A stretch of 64,000 nt of DNA, taken from positions 6,510,001-6,574,000 of the forward strand of contig OZ193909.1 of the NCBI GenBank assembly GCA_964276515.1, in the 5' to 3' direction. Positions 12,046 through 22,910 of this stretch are shown here, piece by piece; position 1 is the first letter of the stretch, and each line of letters begins with the position of its first letter. This DNA comes from Gordius albopunctatus. Its lineage: Eukaryota. The position numbers and the translations under genes were made by a program. A model generated the notes under the pieces. The model made no database searches. It had not been told where the DNA came from and saw only the letters and a program-made list of their open reading frames with translations.

Positions 12046-15000
12046 TAGATAAGCTAATAGAAGAGTTTTATTCTAGATTTGAAGATTTTGCAGTATTAGA
12101 ACCCGTTCCAAGATTTTTCATAAATCAATCCAATGTTACTGAAGATGATGTCCTTGAAATAGTTTCAGTGTATTTCGAGCTTCATAATATCGAAGACCTA
12201 AAATTAGAAATAATAAACTTGCAAAGTGATATTATTTTAAAAACGCATAGTAATGATAAAACGTTTTGGAACTTAGTCGATGAAAATAAGTATCTTATTT
12301 TAAGGAAATGTGCATTAAAAATTTATTCATATTTTGCAACAACATACAATTGCGCGTCTTTGTTCTCAAATATAAAATATTTGAAATCAAAATACTGAAC
12401 AAAGCTTACTGACTCACATTTAGATAATTGTTTAAGGACCGGGGACTCTAAATATATCCCCAATTAGAAGAAATTAGCTGAAAATATGGACACCCAAGTT
12501 TCAGACTGAATTATATGTATAATTATGTATGACACCAACAAAATGAAGTTATGAAAAATCTATTTTTTAATGCCTATCTATTTATTCCTGTTGATTATCT
12601 GTAAAATATGTGCCCTCGGTGATTTTCAAATTTAGTATTGCGCCCTTAAGGACAAACAGGTTGCCGACCCGAGTTTTAGATCCTTAGAAAATTCAAAGGC
12701 TCGGTCATCTATTTAATAACAGCAATGAAATTTATCATGCAAAATTTTTTATTTATTTAATGGGCTGGGAACGGGTCGATATAGGCAGGGGGCTGGGTCT
12801 GAGGTGCATGAGAAAATATACGGACAGGCTCGGGCGGTTTTTTTAGTTTTAAGTTGGTACAGGCTGGTCTATAATGCTTAAAAAACTTTGAACGGGCTTG
12901 GGCGGGCCTTAAAGCTTTATAAACGGGTAAAGGTGGGTCGCCCTCCAAAAAATGTCCTGTTGTAGATTCAGATTTCGGCTGCTGAGGAGTATGTGAAATT
13001 AAAGACATTCCTGCCTAATTAAAATTTGTTTAAGGTGTAATGGCTGGCTTCCGTATCTAATTTGTTTGCTGGTTTTACGCCGCATATGTGATGGCAGTTG
13101 AGTAAGTTGGATTGTTGATTGGGGTGTTTCTATGGTGGATTATACCGGTACTATAAATTAAGTGCGACGGACTGAAGCATCTGATTAAAATTACAATCGT
13201 TTACCGGGTAAAAAGGTCAATGATGACAAATAAATAACTTTCCAGTTAATGGTGGTGGAGGCCAAACAAGGCCCAAATGTATATGACCAAACTTTTAATC
13301 TGTTTTAGCAAACGTCCCATGAATCTATATGACGTGTTTGTTCATCTTTCCTTGTCTTAACAAAATCGCGCATGTGGATCATGAATTGATTTGCCATGAA
13401 CGAGAGTGATGATAGCCAGTTAAAGTTTTGATGGTTTTGGCAACAGGTAGTTTAAAGCTTTTCTGGCAAAGTTTTGAAAAGGTTGCTGGGCAACTTTGAT
13501 ACTACGGAATCTTTTGTCGGAATTTCCTACATTTGTAGACGAATATAACAGGTACCCTTAACACTGCCTCAAAATTAATTTAAATACTTGAGGCATAACA
13601 AAGCCATCTTAATCCAAGCAAAAAGACAAAAATCCTCTCAATTTATGAGCCCTCGAGGAAGAAAGGATGCGCTCTGACGGCTCCTCTCTAGTCTCTTGGC
13701 AAAATGGCTTGTTCCTTAAATTGAATTTTACAGGTATCGCCCTTTTTTTGTTCCTTCTTCTTTTAACCACAATACTATCGCCATGGCAGTTGAGTGTAAA
13801 GGACTAGATATTATGCACTTTTATTTTGGCAATTAATATTTTTATACCCGTCGTTGCCTCATGCTCTGGTACCTACCGTATACATAGACTAGATAGACTG
13901 CTCATCAACGCATAAAATTTGTACCGTTTTTTCCACCATTTTGATGTCAACAGGATAAAGAATGATTATATCGATATTGGTAGTTTTTGTAAATAAGATA
14001 TTTTTAAAGAGGTAAATAAAAAAATAATTAACTGGTTAGAGCTAATTTAATGTAATAAAATTATTAGAGATGGCCCAAATTAATATAACTATTAAAGAAT
14101 AAAGTTTCAATCCTATAGATAATACCCTTGATATTGATTTCCATCCCAATGGATATTTTTACGTATAGCCATTTCATCCTTATAAATAGCTTTATAAAGG
14201 CAATAATTAGAGTTGTCATGCAATTTTAATCGGTAAATATTTATATAAAGTGGTAGATAATAATGAATTTATACCATTAATATTTGTAAAATTAATACCC
14301 GACTTTATTTTAAATCCTTGCTATGTCTTTCTAAAATTTATTTATTACTTAACATAAAAATAATATCAATAGTTAATTTGTTAGTTGTAAATTACATGTT
14401 CATATAAGAACAAATAATAAAATATTTAGGGTTGTAAATAATAATCTTAGTAAAAACAATCAATAAAAGTTTATTAAATAATTCGGCTTACAAATGCTGG
14501 AAATTTAAAAATTGTTGAAATGACGTCTACTATCAATTGACGATCTTTTGTTGAAGTTGGATAGAAATTTCTGGATTAAAATGATAAGAGCACACTCTAG
14601 AATATTTTTTAATGCAAAGTCCCTTTTAATCCTATGAATCCATGTATTGAGTAGTTGTGCATGACATTGTATGGTGTACATCGGTTGTTATGTTCAAAAT
14701 GAAGAAAAAACTGGCACACTATTTACCATAGAGACTATGAACGCATATAAGTCATGGATATTTTTAGAGAAATCGGATAAAGTTTCCCGAAATTTTAGTA
14801 TTCCACGTCCTTTTAAATCAGACAACAACCTGGAATTTTTATATGCGATTTAACTTGAAAGCATTAACCCATTCATGACGAGTTTTAGAGTATTAAGATT
14901 TAGATCGTTGTATTCAACTAACATGTCTTTTTTCTATATGTGACTTTGTTGTCGTATAAATAAAATTTTAAAGACAGACAAGCTTCAACCCCATGACACA

Positions 15001-16034
15001 AAGCTTTATTTATAAATACGGTGTCACGTTTTATGTACGGGTGTTTAAGATTTCCGGATTATATCAAATTATTGTTGCGGTGCCTTAACCTCCTTTGGGC
15101 AACTATAATTTTATCGCCCCCCCCCCATCTCTTGTAACGATGATCGTGCGTTAGTATTTTATGGATTGTTTAACCATGTGGCATACTAAAACAAGCGCAC
15201 TTTAAGTGTTATAAGAATGTAATTATTTTCGCTTACACATATTTTATTGTCCAGAAGAATCCCTTTATTCCCCAGAAATACTTAAGAGCACTTGAACTTT
15301 TATAATGCGCGCAAACAATTGTTTCCCACATTGTGCCAATATACTTGATTCCTGTTGCTGATAAAATATACATTATGATACATGAATTTTTTTCTTGAGA
15401 TGAAATTCTTAAATTCGTGTAATAAAAATAAGCGAAAATAATTGTATTACAATTGATTTTAGAATAGCGTTTAATCCAATTTTCATTTTCTAATGATTAG
15501 TGATTCTTATATTGGAATTTCTGTAATTACATAATTGAAATTAAACTTATTTTAAAATGAGACGAAATGGTTCTATTTGGCGCTCCTGCTCATCTCGATT
15601 AAAACGCAGCTCAACTAATCGTATTATAATTGGCAATTTAAAACATATATAAATGCATTTAGTACATATATAGATATATTTAATATCTATATATGTTATA
15701 TAATATATGTTATATAAAGATATATATATATATATATATATATAATGAAATAATATTAGCACATTTAGTTAATAAAAAAATGCCTATTATTATATGATTT
15801 AAATAATTTCACCCATAACTTACTTTATTATAATTAAGAAATATTTCATAGTATCTATTTCTTATAACCTCATTATATAATGTATTTAAATATCTAAGAT
15901 TGGTGTTTTAGGTGGGCTGAGTTTTAATTGAGTTGAGTAGGATTTCTATTTGGTTATAATAACCGGTCATTGTGCCAGTTGACGGCATATCATCTGTTCT
16001 ACCTGAACAGGTGTTTTGAAGGATTTTAAAAGTT

Positions 16035-16554
16035 ATGGCTCTTGAAAAAACAAACTATTATGATCTTTTAAATTGCCACAAAAATTCTACAGTATTTTTT
16101 ATTATGAATCGTTTTTATTCCTCATAGACGCAGCAAATTTTGACAGAATATAAAATCAAAGCTTTGGAACATCACCCAGATAAATCTTTAAGTGAAAGTA
16201 ATAAAAAGTTAAAATATAAAAATTTTGGTTAATAAATAGAGGGAAAATTTGAGCTCTTGACAAAGGCAAAAAATGTTTTAACAAATCCTGTAATTAAAGT
16301 GCTATATGATACATGGTTGGAATCAGATCTAGCCCTGTCATTTGAAAATTTTTTAGAGATGACAAAACATGGGGTAAATGTAACTTTTGATTGCTTATTA
16401 ATAATTACAGGCCACACATTGGACATGCAATGATCCTACAAGAATGATAGAGGGTGAGGAAGTAAATCATGCATTCAAAGACAATATATTTAGCCTTTCA
16501 AATGATCCCCATTTAGAGTACACTAAGGCACTATTTCGTAGCTATAAAATTTAA
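16035..16554 (+). CDS. DNAJC12: DnaJ homolog subfamily C member 12 / JDP-like J-domain protein, 4 exons, ~134 aa
   Basis: Exons 16035-16091, 16128-16197, 16240-16373, 16411-16554 with GT-AG introns of 36, 42 and 37 nt (an alternative in-phase donor at 16192 is possible). Translation MALEKTNYYDLLNC..QILTEYKIKALEHHPDK..KFELLTKAKNVL..YDTWLES..HW..FRSYKI* has the HPD motif and the FRxYxI C-terminus typical of DNAJC12. Confidence 0.88.
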
Positions 16555-17900
16555 TTTTTTGCATTTAATCAAATTCTTATTTAAAATGTAAAAAATACTT
16601 ATATCAATGCTAAAACTCAATAATTGCAAATATTTTTAGATCTATTTATTTAATTTATATCTATAAAATTAATATTTTAATCTTATACAAACCCACTGAT
16701 ATTATTTTATTGTATATCTGCTGATAGTCATATAGAACTGTTTTTAAATTGTTTATTTTATTTTGCTTTTTTATGCCTTTAATCTATATATATAAAATTG
16801 GCTCTCCATTATTACTATAAATTGATTTGATGAGGGAGAACCAATGATAAATTAAAAAAGTTATTTGAACAAAATTTTGGGTTAAAACTTACCCTACCCA
16901 CTCTGGTTTTTTTCTCATGAGTGAAAATCTCTAAATTTTATAACATTATGCAATGCAAAACTGATAATCTTGATAACACACAAGTTCAAAATAATCCATC
17001 ATCTTTAGTCAAGGTTTTGCTCATACAAAATTTAATTGATGCCATATAATCTTAATTTTCGCCGAGATCTTTAAATGCAGTACCTTTTTTTATTTTGTCC
17101 TTTAATTCAAAACATTTTAAATTTGTTTTTTAAGTGCCTACAAATTTTTAATGAGGAAACAGGTAGCAAGCGAAGTCATTAATAAATTGAATAAGAATTA
17201 AAGTTGTATACCAAATGCTATCTATAAGCTGAAAGAGTGTCAATATATTTATAAGTGTATTGCTATGTCTAATAAACTAACTCTCCTCGCTTTCCTATCC
17301 CCTGCCTCCTCAACTCAGGCTATTTTATCTCAATTTTTGAAATAAACATGTATAGTTCATATCTATAATAGTGTCTTATTTCTATTATTATAGAGATTTA
17401 ATTTACAGTTATGTTTTTTGAGTGAAAAAATATAAGATTAAATAAGAGGACCTTCAGGAAAATCTAATAAAAAGCACCTAAGTCGCTTCGCCTAACCTTG
17501 AGGTTTAAACCATGCATAAGCATATCATATTGCATATTTATCCACCTATTAACTTTGACCTCTAGCCTGCGTTAGCCCTCTATATCCGCCTAAAGGTTTT
17601 AGGTGGATTAGAACTTAATGCCTATGTTGATAGACTTGTTTTGAAGAACTTAAAGCAGGGTTGAGAAGGGAGAGTCCCTAGCGGGATATCCCCCTAACTC
17701 TTGTTTTATTTATTATTTTTATTATCCTCATGTAAAAATTATAAACGTCGCGTATGCATATATAGAAAAGAATCCGCGAGAAATTAACCACACCAACGAG
17801 TGTCAAGGGTTTATTAAGACGCGAGGGGGGAAACGATGTAGAGTAAAAGATAGGCCATGAATTATAGGAAAATTCTTAGACTCTTTTACGGTATGGCGTT

Positions 17901-19916
17901 TTAGCAAACCGTGTGCTGTTCTGTGTGTGTGGTTGAGTTCGAGCGGGTCCAATGAATGATTCGTCCCAGCTGGAAGTCGTCGAAGAATGGTTCACGAGAA
18001 GGTCCATCGGCCGGGTTTTTGTCGGTGGAGACCCACTCCAGGTTTTGCTTAATCTTGATCATGTTGTCGAGGCCCATGACGTCGCATATTTTGGTAAAAG
18101 CGTATTCGAGGTGTGGAGCGTGCGCACTACCTTTTTTAACGATGTAGTAAGCCGTTCGGGAGTCGGTGATGATCTTTGGGCAGCAGTGGGGGGAGTCAAT
18201 TGCCGCCTTGATGTATGCCAATGGGATGGCCACCAGCTCGAGTAGGTTGATAGTAGGAATGAGATCGTGGACACCGAAGATCGCGAGTGCATCACCCTTG
18301 GCTATTGATAGGACGGAGCCCCTGAAAAATAAGCCTATGTGTGATAACGAAGCATCTCCAGCGGTGAATCCATTGGTCTCATACCGCATATGGAATGGGG
18401 TGGAAAGGTGTTTCTGAATCAATAAAATCTTCCGGACTAGCCAGTCGACACGGAATTCAATAGGGTTGACCGACAGTAGTAAGTTGTAAGCCGGTGATAC
18501 AAACTTAGTCCATCCAGTGAGCATGTACACGTAGTGGGTGAGAATGCCCAGGCAAGTTTGTGTTACCAATGGGTGAGGAATCTTGTTTTCCACCAGGAAA
18601 TGATTGAGTATCTGTGTGGCTGCGTCGATTTTTCGTACGAATTTGTTGTTGACCCTTAGTGTCTTTTGGTCCAAGTTCACATTAATACCCAAATAGTCCA
18701 GTACCGTCCTGGGCGTAAGGGAAGACTTGCAGCGGTTAATGGTTAGGTTCCAGCATTTGCCTAGATAGAGGAACCTTCTGGTATCCGCCAGAACCATAGT
18801 AGCGGATGGGCCGTATATTAGAATGTCATCCAAGTATACGTTATACTTGGATTTAGTGATAGATTTTTTGCAAAGATCCAGCATGATCTGCTGGAGAACA
18901 TATGGCGAGAAGCTAGCCCCCATGGGCAAAACTTTATAGGCGTATTTGCGTCGTCTGTAGCGAAACCCAAAGAACTTTGAAGATTCCGGGGCGAAAGGAA
19001 TGGAGAAGAATGCCGCCTTCATGTCGATTTTTGTCATGTAACAAGCATCAGATAGAGAGGAAGCGATTAAGGGTATCGATTTGAGAGAGAATGGGTACTT
19101 TACGAAGTTTTTGGATATTTGGGAGAGGTCAGCTATAAGGCGTGGGGATCCATCACTTTTGGGTATAAAGTACATTGGGGATGGTATAGCACCTGGGTTT
19201 TCTCGGACCACATTGGAGAGGATTATTTCGTCAACGAGCGTTTTATGGGCTATGGGGATTGCCTTGACATACCTTGGTACATGGTAGCGACCTTGGTTTT
19301 GAACAATAGCCACCCGTGATAGCCGTGGTTTAAACCCAAACTTGGCAACCCTTTTCGTAAAATTGCTTTGAAGCCGATGAGGTTTGAGGATCGTCGTTCG
19401 AATGGATAGGGGATGATCAAACCTTATGATTGAGGATAACGGATGAGAGGGGAATGATGGGATGTTGGATGGTTCGCTGATGATAGGTGGGCCTTCGCTA
19501 TCCAAACCCACCTCCACCCATTGAGACGAGAGAAGTGCCGGCACTTGTGAATGTTCAGGTAGCGGCGTGTTGAAGGGGTGTGGCAACTCCTCCAACTCCG
19601 GGCCATCATCGGGAGAAATGGAATTGATAGCGATACTCCTGGCAATGGCTGAGTAATTAGTTAGCCATGTTGGAATATTTCCATTCCTCGTCGATCCCGG
19701 CGGGTTATCACCGCTGCCGAGGGTCGCCGCTACCGTCCTAACATGATTACGTTCTCTCCGCCCTAGACGGAGGCGGCCCTTTTGGCTGAGGGCCTTTCTT
19801 CCTTGTACCATGTCTCGCATCAGGCTGACGAAAAAGCTGGACGGGCTCGGTGTATTGCCCCATACCCATCTTCTCCGCCCAGTCTTTAGATTTACCAGTA
19901 ACGGCTTGCCAGCCAT
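17901..19916 (-). CDS. reverse transcriptase-RNase H (pol), left arm, 671 aa from the first ATG
   Basis: RT motifs YFIPKSDGSPRLIADLSQ, KIDMKAAFFSIP, LPMGASFSP, VYLDDILI, YLGI; RNase H motifs GDAS, INLLELVAI, ITDS, WVSTDKNPADGPSR. Its 5' part overlaps the gag-like ORF in another frame. Confidence 0.93.
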   Translation of the reverse strand: MAGKPLLVNLKTGRRRWVWGNTPSPSSFFVSLMRDMVQGRKALSQKGRLRLGRRERNHVRTVAATLGSGDNPPGSTRNGNIPTWLTNYSAIARSIAINSISPDDGPELEELPHPFNTPLPEHSQVPALLSSQWVEVGLDSEGPPIISEPSNIPSFPSHPLSSIIRFDHPLSIRTTILKPHRLQSNFTKRVAKFGFKPRLSRVAIVQNQGRYHVPRYVKAIPIAHKTLVDEIILSNVVRENPGAIPSPMYFIPKSDGSPRLIADLSQISKNFVKYPFSLKSIPLIASSLSDACYMTKIDMKAAFFSIPFAPESSKFFGFRYRRRKYAYKVLPMGASFSPYVLQQIMLDLCKKSITKSKYNVYLDDILIYGPSATMVLADTRRFLYLGKCWNLTINRCKSSLTPRTVLDYLGINVNLDQKTLRVNNKFVRKIDAATQILNHFLVENKIPHPLVTQTCLGILTHYVYMLTGWTKFVSPAYNLLLSVNPIEFRVDWLVRKILLIQKHLSTPFHMRYETNGFTAGDASLSHIGLFFRGSVLSIAKGDALAIFGVHDLIPTINLLELVAIPLAYIKAAIDSPHCCPKIITDSRTAYYIVKKGSAHAPHLEYAFTKICDVMGLDNMIKIKQNLEWVSTDKNPADGPSREPFFDDFQLGRIIHWTRSNSTTHTEQHTVC

Positions 19917-20277
19917 AATAGGATGCCATTGCTAGAGTTCTCACTCGATCAGAGAACTTGTCGATTGTTTTGTCGAAGAGTTCGATGGAGTCTCCCAGAC
20001 TCAACAAGAACTCGGCCTCGTGTTTCTGGTAGGCTGGCATTGTATAGTTAGATTCTACCGCCTCCCGCAACCCCTTGAGGCGAAGTTTGAGTGTCTCGAT
20101 ATTTGATGATGGCAGGTTGTTGCCACGCCCTCTCTCCCTTGCTAGGAGGGCGTCTAACTCCGTACGTGTCATTGTGACCGTTTCCGGAAGTTGCGAGGGG
20201 GCCCAATGCGGTGGGTTGTTATGGCTGATCGTTTCCTCACTCCTTCCCAGGAGGCTCCTCTCAATTTTGGCGTCCAT
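19747..20277 (-). CDS. gag/core-like ORF1, 176 aa from ATG (MDAKIERS...PPPSRAERT)
   Basis: Intact ORF upstream of and overlapping pol; helical-looking core; RVRTLAMASYYGWQAV recalls the R..L.A...GW motif of DIRS-group gag; basic C-terminal tail RHGTRKKGPQPK. Confidence 0.7.
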   Translation of the reverse strand: MDAKIERSLLGRSEETISHNNPPHWAPSQLPETVTMTRTELDALLARERGRGNNLPSSNIETLKLRLKGLREAVESNYTMPAYQKHEAEFLLSLGDSIELFDKTIDKFSDRVRTLAMASYYGWQAVTGKSKDWAEKMGMGQYTEPVQLFRQPDARHGTRKKGPQPKGPPPSRAERT

Positions 20278-20391
20278 CGCCGCTAGCCGATCCAAAATCA
20301 CCTTAATGGCCGATTCTGACCCTGATGCGTCACGGTTAATGGTAGCGGCGACCCTCGGCAGCGGTGATAACCCGCCGAGATCGACGAGGAA

Positions 20392-20591
20392 NNNNNNNNN
20401 NNNNNNNNNNNNNNNNNNNNNNNNNNNNNNNNNNNNNNNNNNNNNNNNNNNNNNNNNNNNNNNNNNNNNNNNNNNNNNNNNNNNNNNNNNNNNNNNNNNN
20501 NNNNNNNNNNNNNNNNNNNNNNNNNNNNNNNNNNNNNNNNNNNNNNNNNNNNNNNNNNNNNNNNNNNNNNNNNNNNNNNNNNNNNNNNNNN
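20392..20591. other. assembly gap (200 N) with duplicated contig ends
   Basis: 20592-21127 directly repeats ~19856-20391, as expected from unmerged overlapping contig ends. Confidence 0.85.
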
Positions 20592-21074
20592 TGCCCCATA
20601 CCCATCTTCTCCGCCCAGTCTTTAGATTTACCAGTAACGGCTTGCCAGCCATAATAGGATGCCATTGCTAGAGTTCTCACTCGATCAGAGAACTTGTCGA
20701 TTGTTTTGTCGAAGAGTTCGATGGAGTCTCCCAGACTCAACAAGAACTCGGCCTCGTGTTTCTGGTAGGCTGGCATTGTATAGTTAGATTCTACCGCCTC
20801 CCGCAACCCCTTGAGGCGAAGTTTGAGTGTCTCGATATTTGATGATGGCAGGTTGTTGCCACGCCCTCTCTCCCTTGCTAGGAGGGCGTCTAACTCCGTA
20901 CGTGTCATTGTGACCGTTTCCGGAAGTTGCGAGGGGGCCCAATGCGGTGGGTTGTTATGGCTGATCGTTTCCTCACTCCTTCCCAGGAGGCTCCTCTCAA
21001 TTTTGGCGTCCATCGCCGCTAGCCGATCCAAAATCACCTTAATGGCCGATTCTGACCCTGATGCGTCACGGTTA

Positions 21075-22910
21075 ATGGTAGCGGCGACCCTCGGCAGCGG
21101 TGATAACCCGCCGAGATCGACGAGGAATGGAAATATTCCAACATGGCTAACTAATTACTCAGCCATTGCCAGGAGTATCGCTATCAATTCCATTTCTCCC
21201 GATGATGGCCCGGAGTTGGAGGAGTTGCCACACCCCATCAACACGCCGCTACCTGAACATTCACAAGTGCCGGCACTTCTCTCGTCTCAATGGGTGGAGG
21301 TGGGTTTGGATAGCGAAGGCCCACCTATCATCAGCGAACCATCCAACATCCCATCATTCCCCTCTCATCCGTTATCCTCAATCATAAGGTTTGATCATCC
21401 CCTATCCATTCGAACGACGATCCTCAAACCTCATCGGCTTCAAAGCAATTTTACGAAAAGGGTTGCCAAGTTTGGGTTTAAACCACGGCTATCACGGGTG
21501 GCTATTGTTCAAAACCAAGGTCGCTACCATGTACCAAGGTATGTCAAGGCAATCCCCATAGCCCATAAAACGCTCGTTGACGAAATAATCCTCTCCAATG
21601 TGATCCGAGAAAACCCAGGTGCTATACCATCCCCAATGTACTTTATACCCAAAAGTGATGGATCCCCACGCCTTATAGCTGACCTCTCCCAAATATCCAA
21701 AAACTTCGTAAAGTACCCATTCTCTCTCAAATCGATACCCTTAATCGCTTCCTCTCTATCTGATGCTTGTTACATGACAAAAATCGACATGAAGGCGGCA
21801 TTCTTCTCCATTCCTTTCGCCCCGGAATCTTCAAAGTTCTTTGGGTTTCGCTACAGACGACGCAAATACGCCTATAAAGTTTTGCCCATGGGGGCTAGCT
21901 TCTCGCCATATGTTCTCCAGCAGATCATGCTGGATCTTTGCAAAAAATCTATCACTAAATCCAAGTATAACGTATACTTGGATGACATTCTAATATACGG
22001 CCCATCCGCTACTATGGTTCTGGCGGATACCAGAAGGTTCCTCTATCTAGCCAAATGCTGGAACCTAACCATTAACCGCTGCAAGTCTTCCCTTACGCCC
22101 AGGACGGTACTGGACTATTTGGGTATTAATGTGAACTTGGACCAAAAGACACTAAGGGTCAACAACAAATTCGTACGAAAAATCGACGCAGCCACACAGA
22201 TACTCAATCATTTCCTGGTGGAAAACAAGATTCCTCACCCATTGGTAACACAAACTTGCCTGGGCATTCTCACCCACTACGTGTACATGCTCACTGGATG
22301 GACTAAGTTTGTATCACCGGCTTACAACTTACTACTGTCGGTCAACCCTATTGAATTCCGTGTCGACTGGCTAGTCCGGAAGATTTTATTGATTCAGAAA
22401 CACCTTTCCACCCCATTCCATATGCGGTATGAGACCAATGGATTCACCGCTGGAGATGCTTCGTTATCACACATAGGCTTATTTTTCAGGGGCTCCGTCC
22501 TATCAATAGCCAAGGGTGATGCACTCGCGATCTTCGGTGTCCACGATCTCATTCCTACTATCAACCTACTCGAGCTGGTGGCCATCCCATTGGCATACAT
22601 CAAGGCGGCAATTGACTCCCCCCACTGCTGCCCAAAGATCATCACCGACTCCCGAACGGCTTACTACATCGTTAAAAAAGGTAGTGCGCACGCTCCACAC
22701 CTCGAATACGCTTTTACCAAAATATGCGACGTCATGGGCCTCGACAACATGATCAAGATTAAGCAAAACCTGGAGTGGGTCTCCACCGACAAAAACCCGG
22801 CCGATGGACCTTCTCGTGAACCATTCTTCGACGACTTCCAGCTGGGACGAATCATTCATTGGACCCGCTCGAACTCAACCACACACACAGAACAGCACAC
22901 GGTTTGCTAA
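21075..22910 (+). CDS. reverse transcriptase-RNase H (pol), right arm; 611 aa from the ATG at the arm boundary (frame open from at least 20811)
   Basis: Same protein as the left arm apart from four visible amino-acid changes (left/right: G/R, F/I, V/I, G/A); no stops. Confidence 0.9.
   Translation: MVAATLGSGDNPPRSTRNGNIPTWLTNYSAIARSIAINSISPDDGPELEELPHPINTPLPEHSQVPALLSSQWVEVGLDSEGPPIISEPSNIPSFPSHPLSSIIRFDHPLSIRTTILKPHRLQSNFTKRVAKFGFKPRLSRVAIVQNQGRYHVPRYVKAIPIAHKTLVDEIILSNVIRENPGAIPSPMYFIPKSDGSPRLIADLSQISKNFVKYPFSLKSIPLIASSLSDACYMTKIDMKAAFFSIPFAPESSKFFGFRYRRRKYAYKVLPMGASFSPYVLQQIMLDLCKKSITKSKYNVYLDDILIYGPSATMVLADTRRFLYLAKCWNLTINRCKSSLTPRTVLDYLGINVNLDQKTLRVNNKFVRKIDAATQILNHFLVENKIPHPLVTQTCLGILTHYVYMLTGWTKFVSPAYNLLLSVNPIEFRVDWLVRKILLIQKHLSTPFHMRYETNGFTAGDASLSHIGLFFRGSVLSIAKGDALAIFGVHDLIPTINLLELVAIPLAYIKAAIDSPHCCPKIITDSRTAYYIVKKGSAHAPHLEYAFTKICDVMGLDNMIKIKQNLEWVSTDKNPADGPSREPFFDDFQLGRIIHWTRSNSTTHTEQHTVC

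Larger units (their letters stand above)
7931..12510 (+). pseudogene. GTF2IRD2/SPIN-like hAT transposase pseudogene
   Basis: N-terminus F..EW..YCF..LLC..NIERHF (7931); core SLQMDESTD, STDGAPAM, YHCLIHQ, EVRWLSRG (9648-10466); frameshifted WPIDLGFLTDIT; C-terminal FATTYNC..LFS (12168-12398). Split by insertions at 8089 and ~10714; has frameshifts and stops. Confidence 0.9.
7731..12673 (+). mobile_element. hAT (Buster/Charlie/SPIN-like) DNA transposon, full length but disrupted by two nested insertions
   Basis: TIRs caggggtaggcaac / gttgccgacccgag; 8-bp TSD ttctagat/ttttagat, matching the NTCTAGAN-type Charlie target; transposase fragments inside. Confidence 0.9.

Noticed and set aside
17566..17664. 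AG-preceded 32-codon frame (PALALYIRLKVLGG...KQG*) ending 1 nt before the palindrome arm
   Set aside because: No recognisable homology, no upstream exon could be linked, and no tyrosine-recombinase motifs; may be chance.
17952..19645. Short overlapping or antisense ORFs within pol (63-97 aa) as a hepadnavirus-like surface gene
   Set aside because: Too short and fragmented, with no clear envelope-like pattern; expected by chance in GC-richer coding DNA.
20592..21076. Apparent second tandem copy of the gag-like ORF
   Set aside because: It is an essentially identical direct repeat on the two sides of a round-number N gap, most simply unmerged contig overlap. ORFs translated through the Ns (19747-20652, 20075-20671, 20336-21037, 20364-20654) are artefacts.
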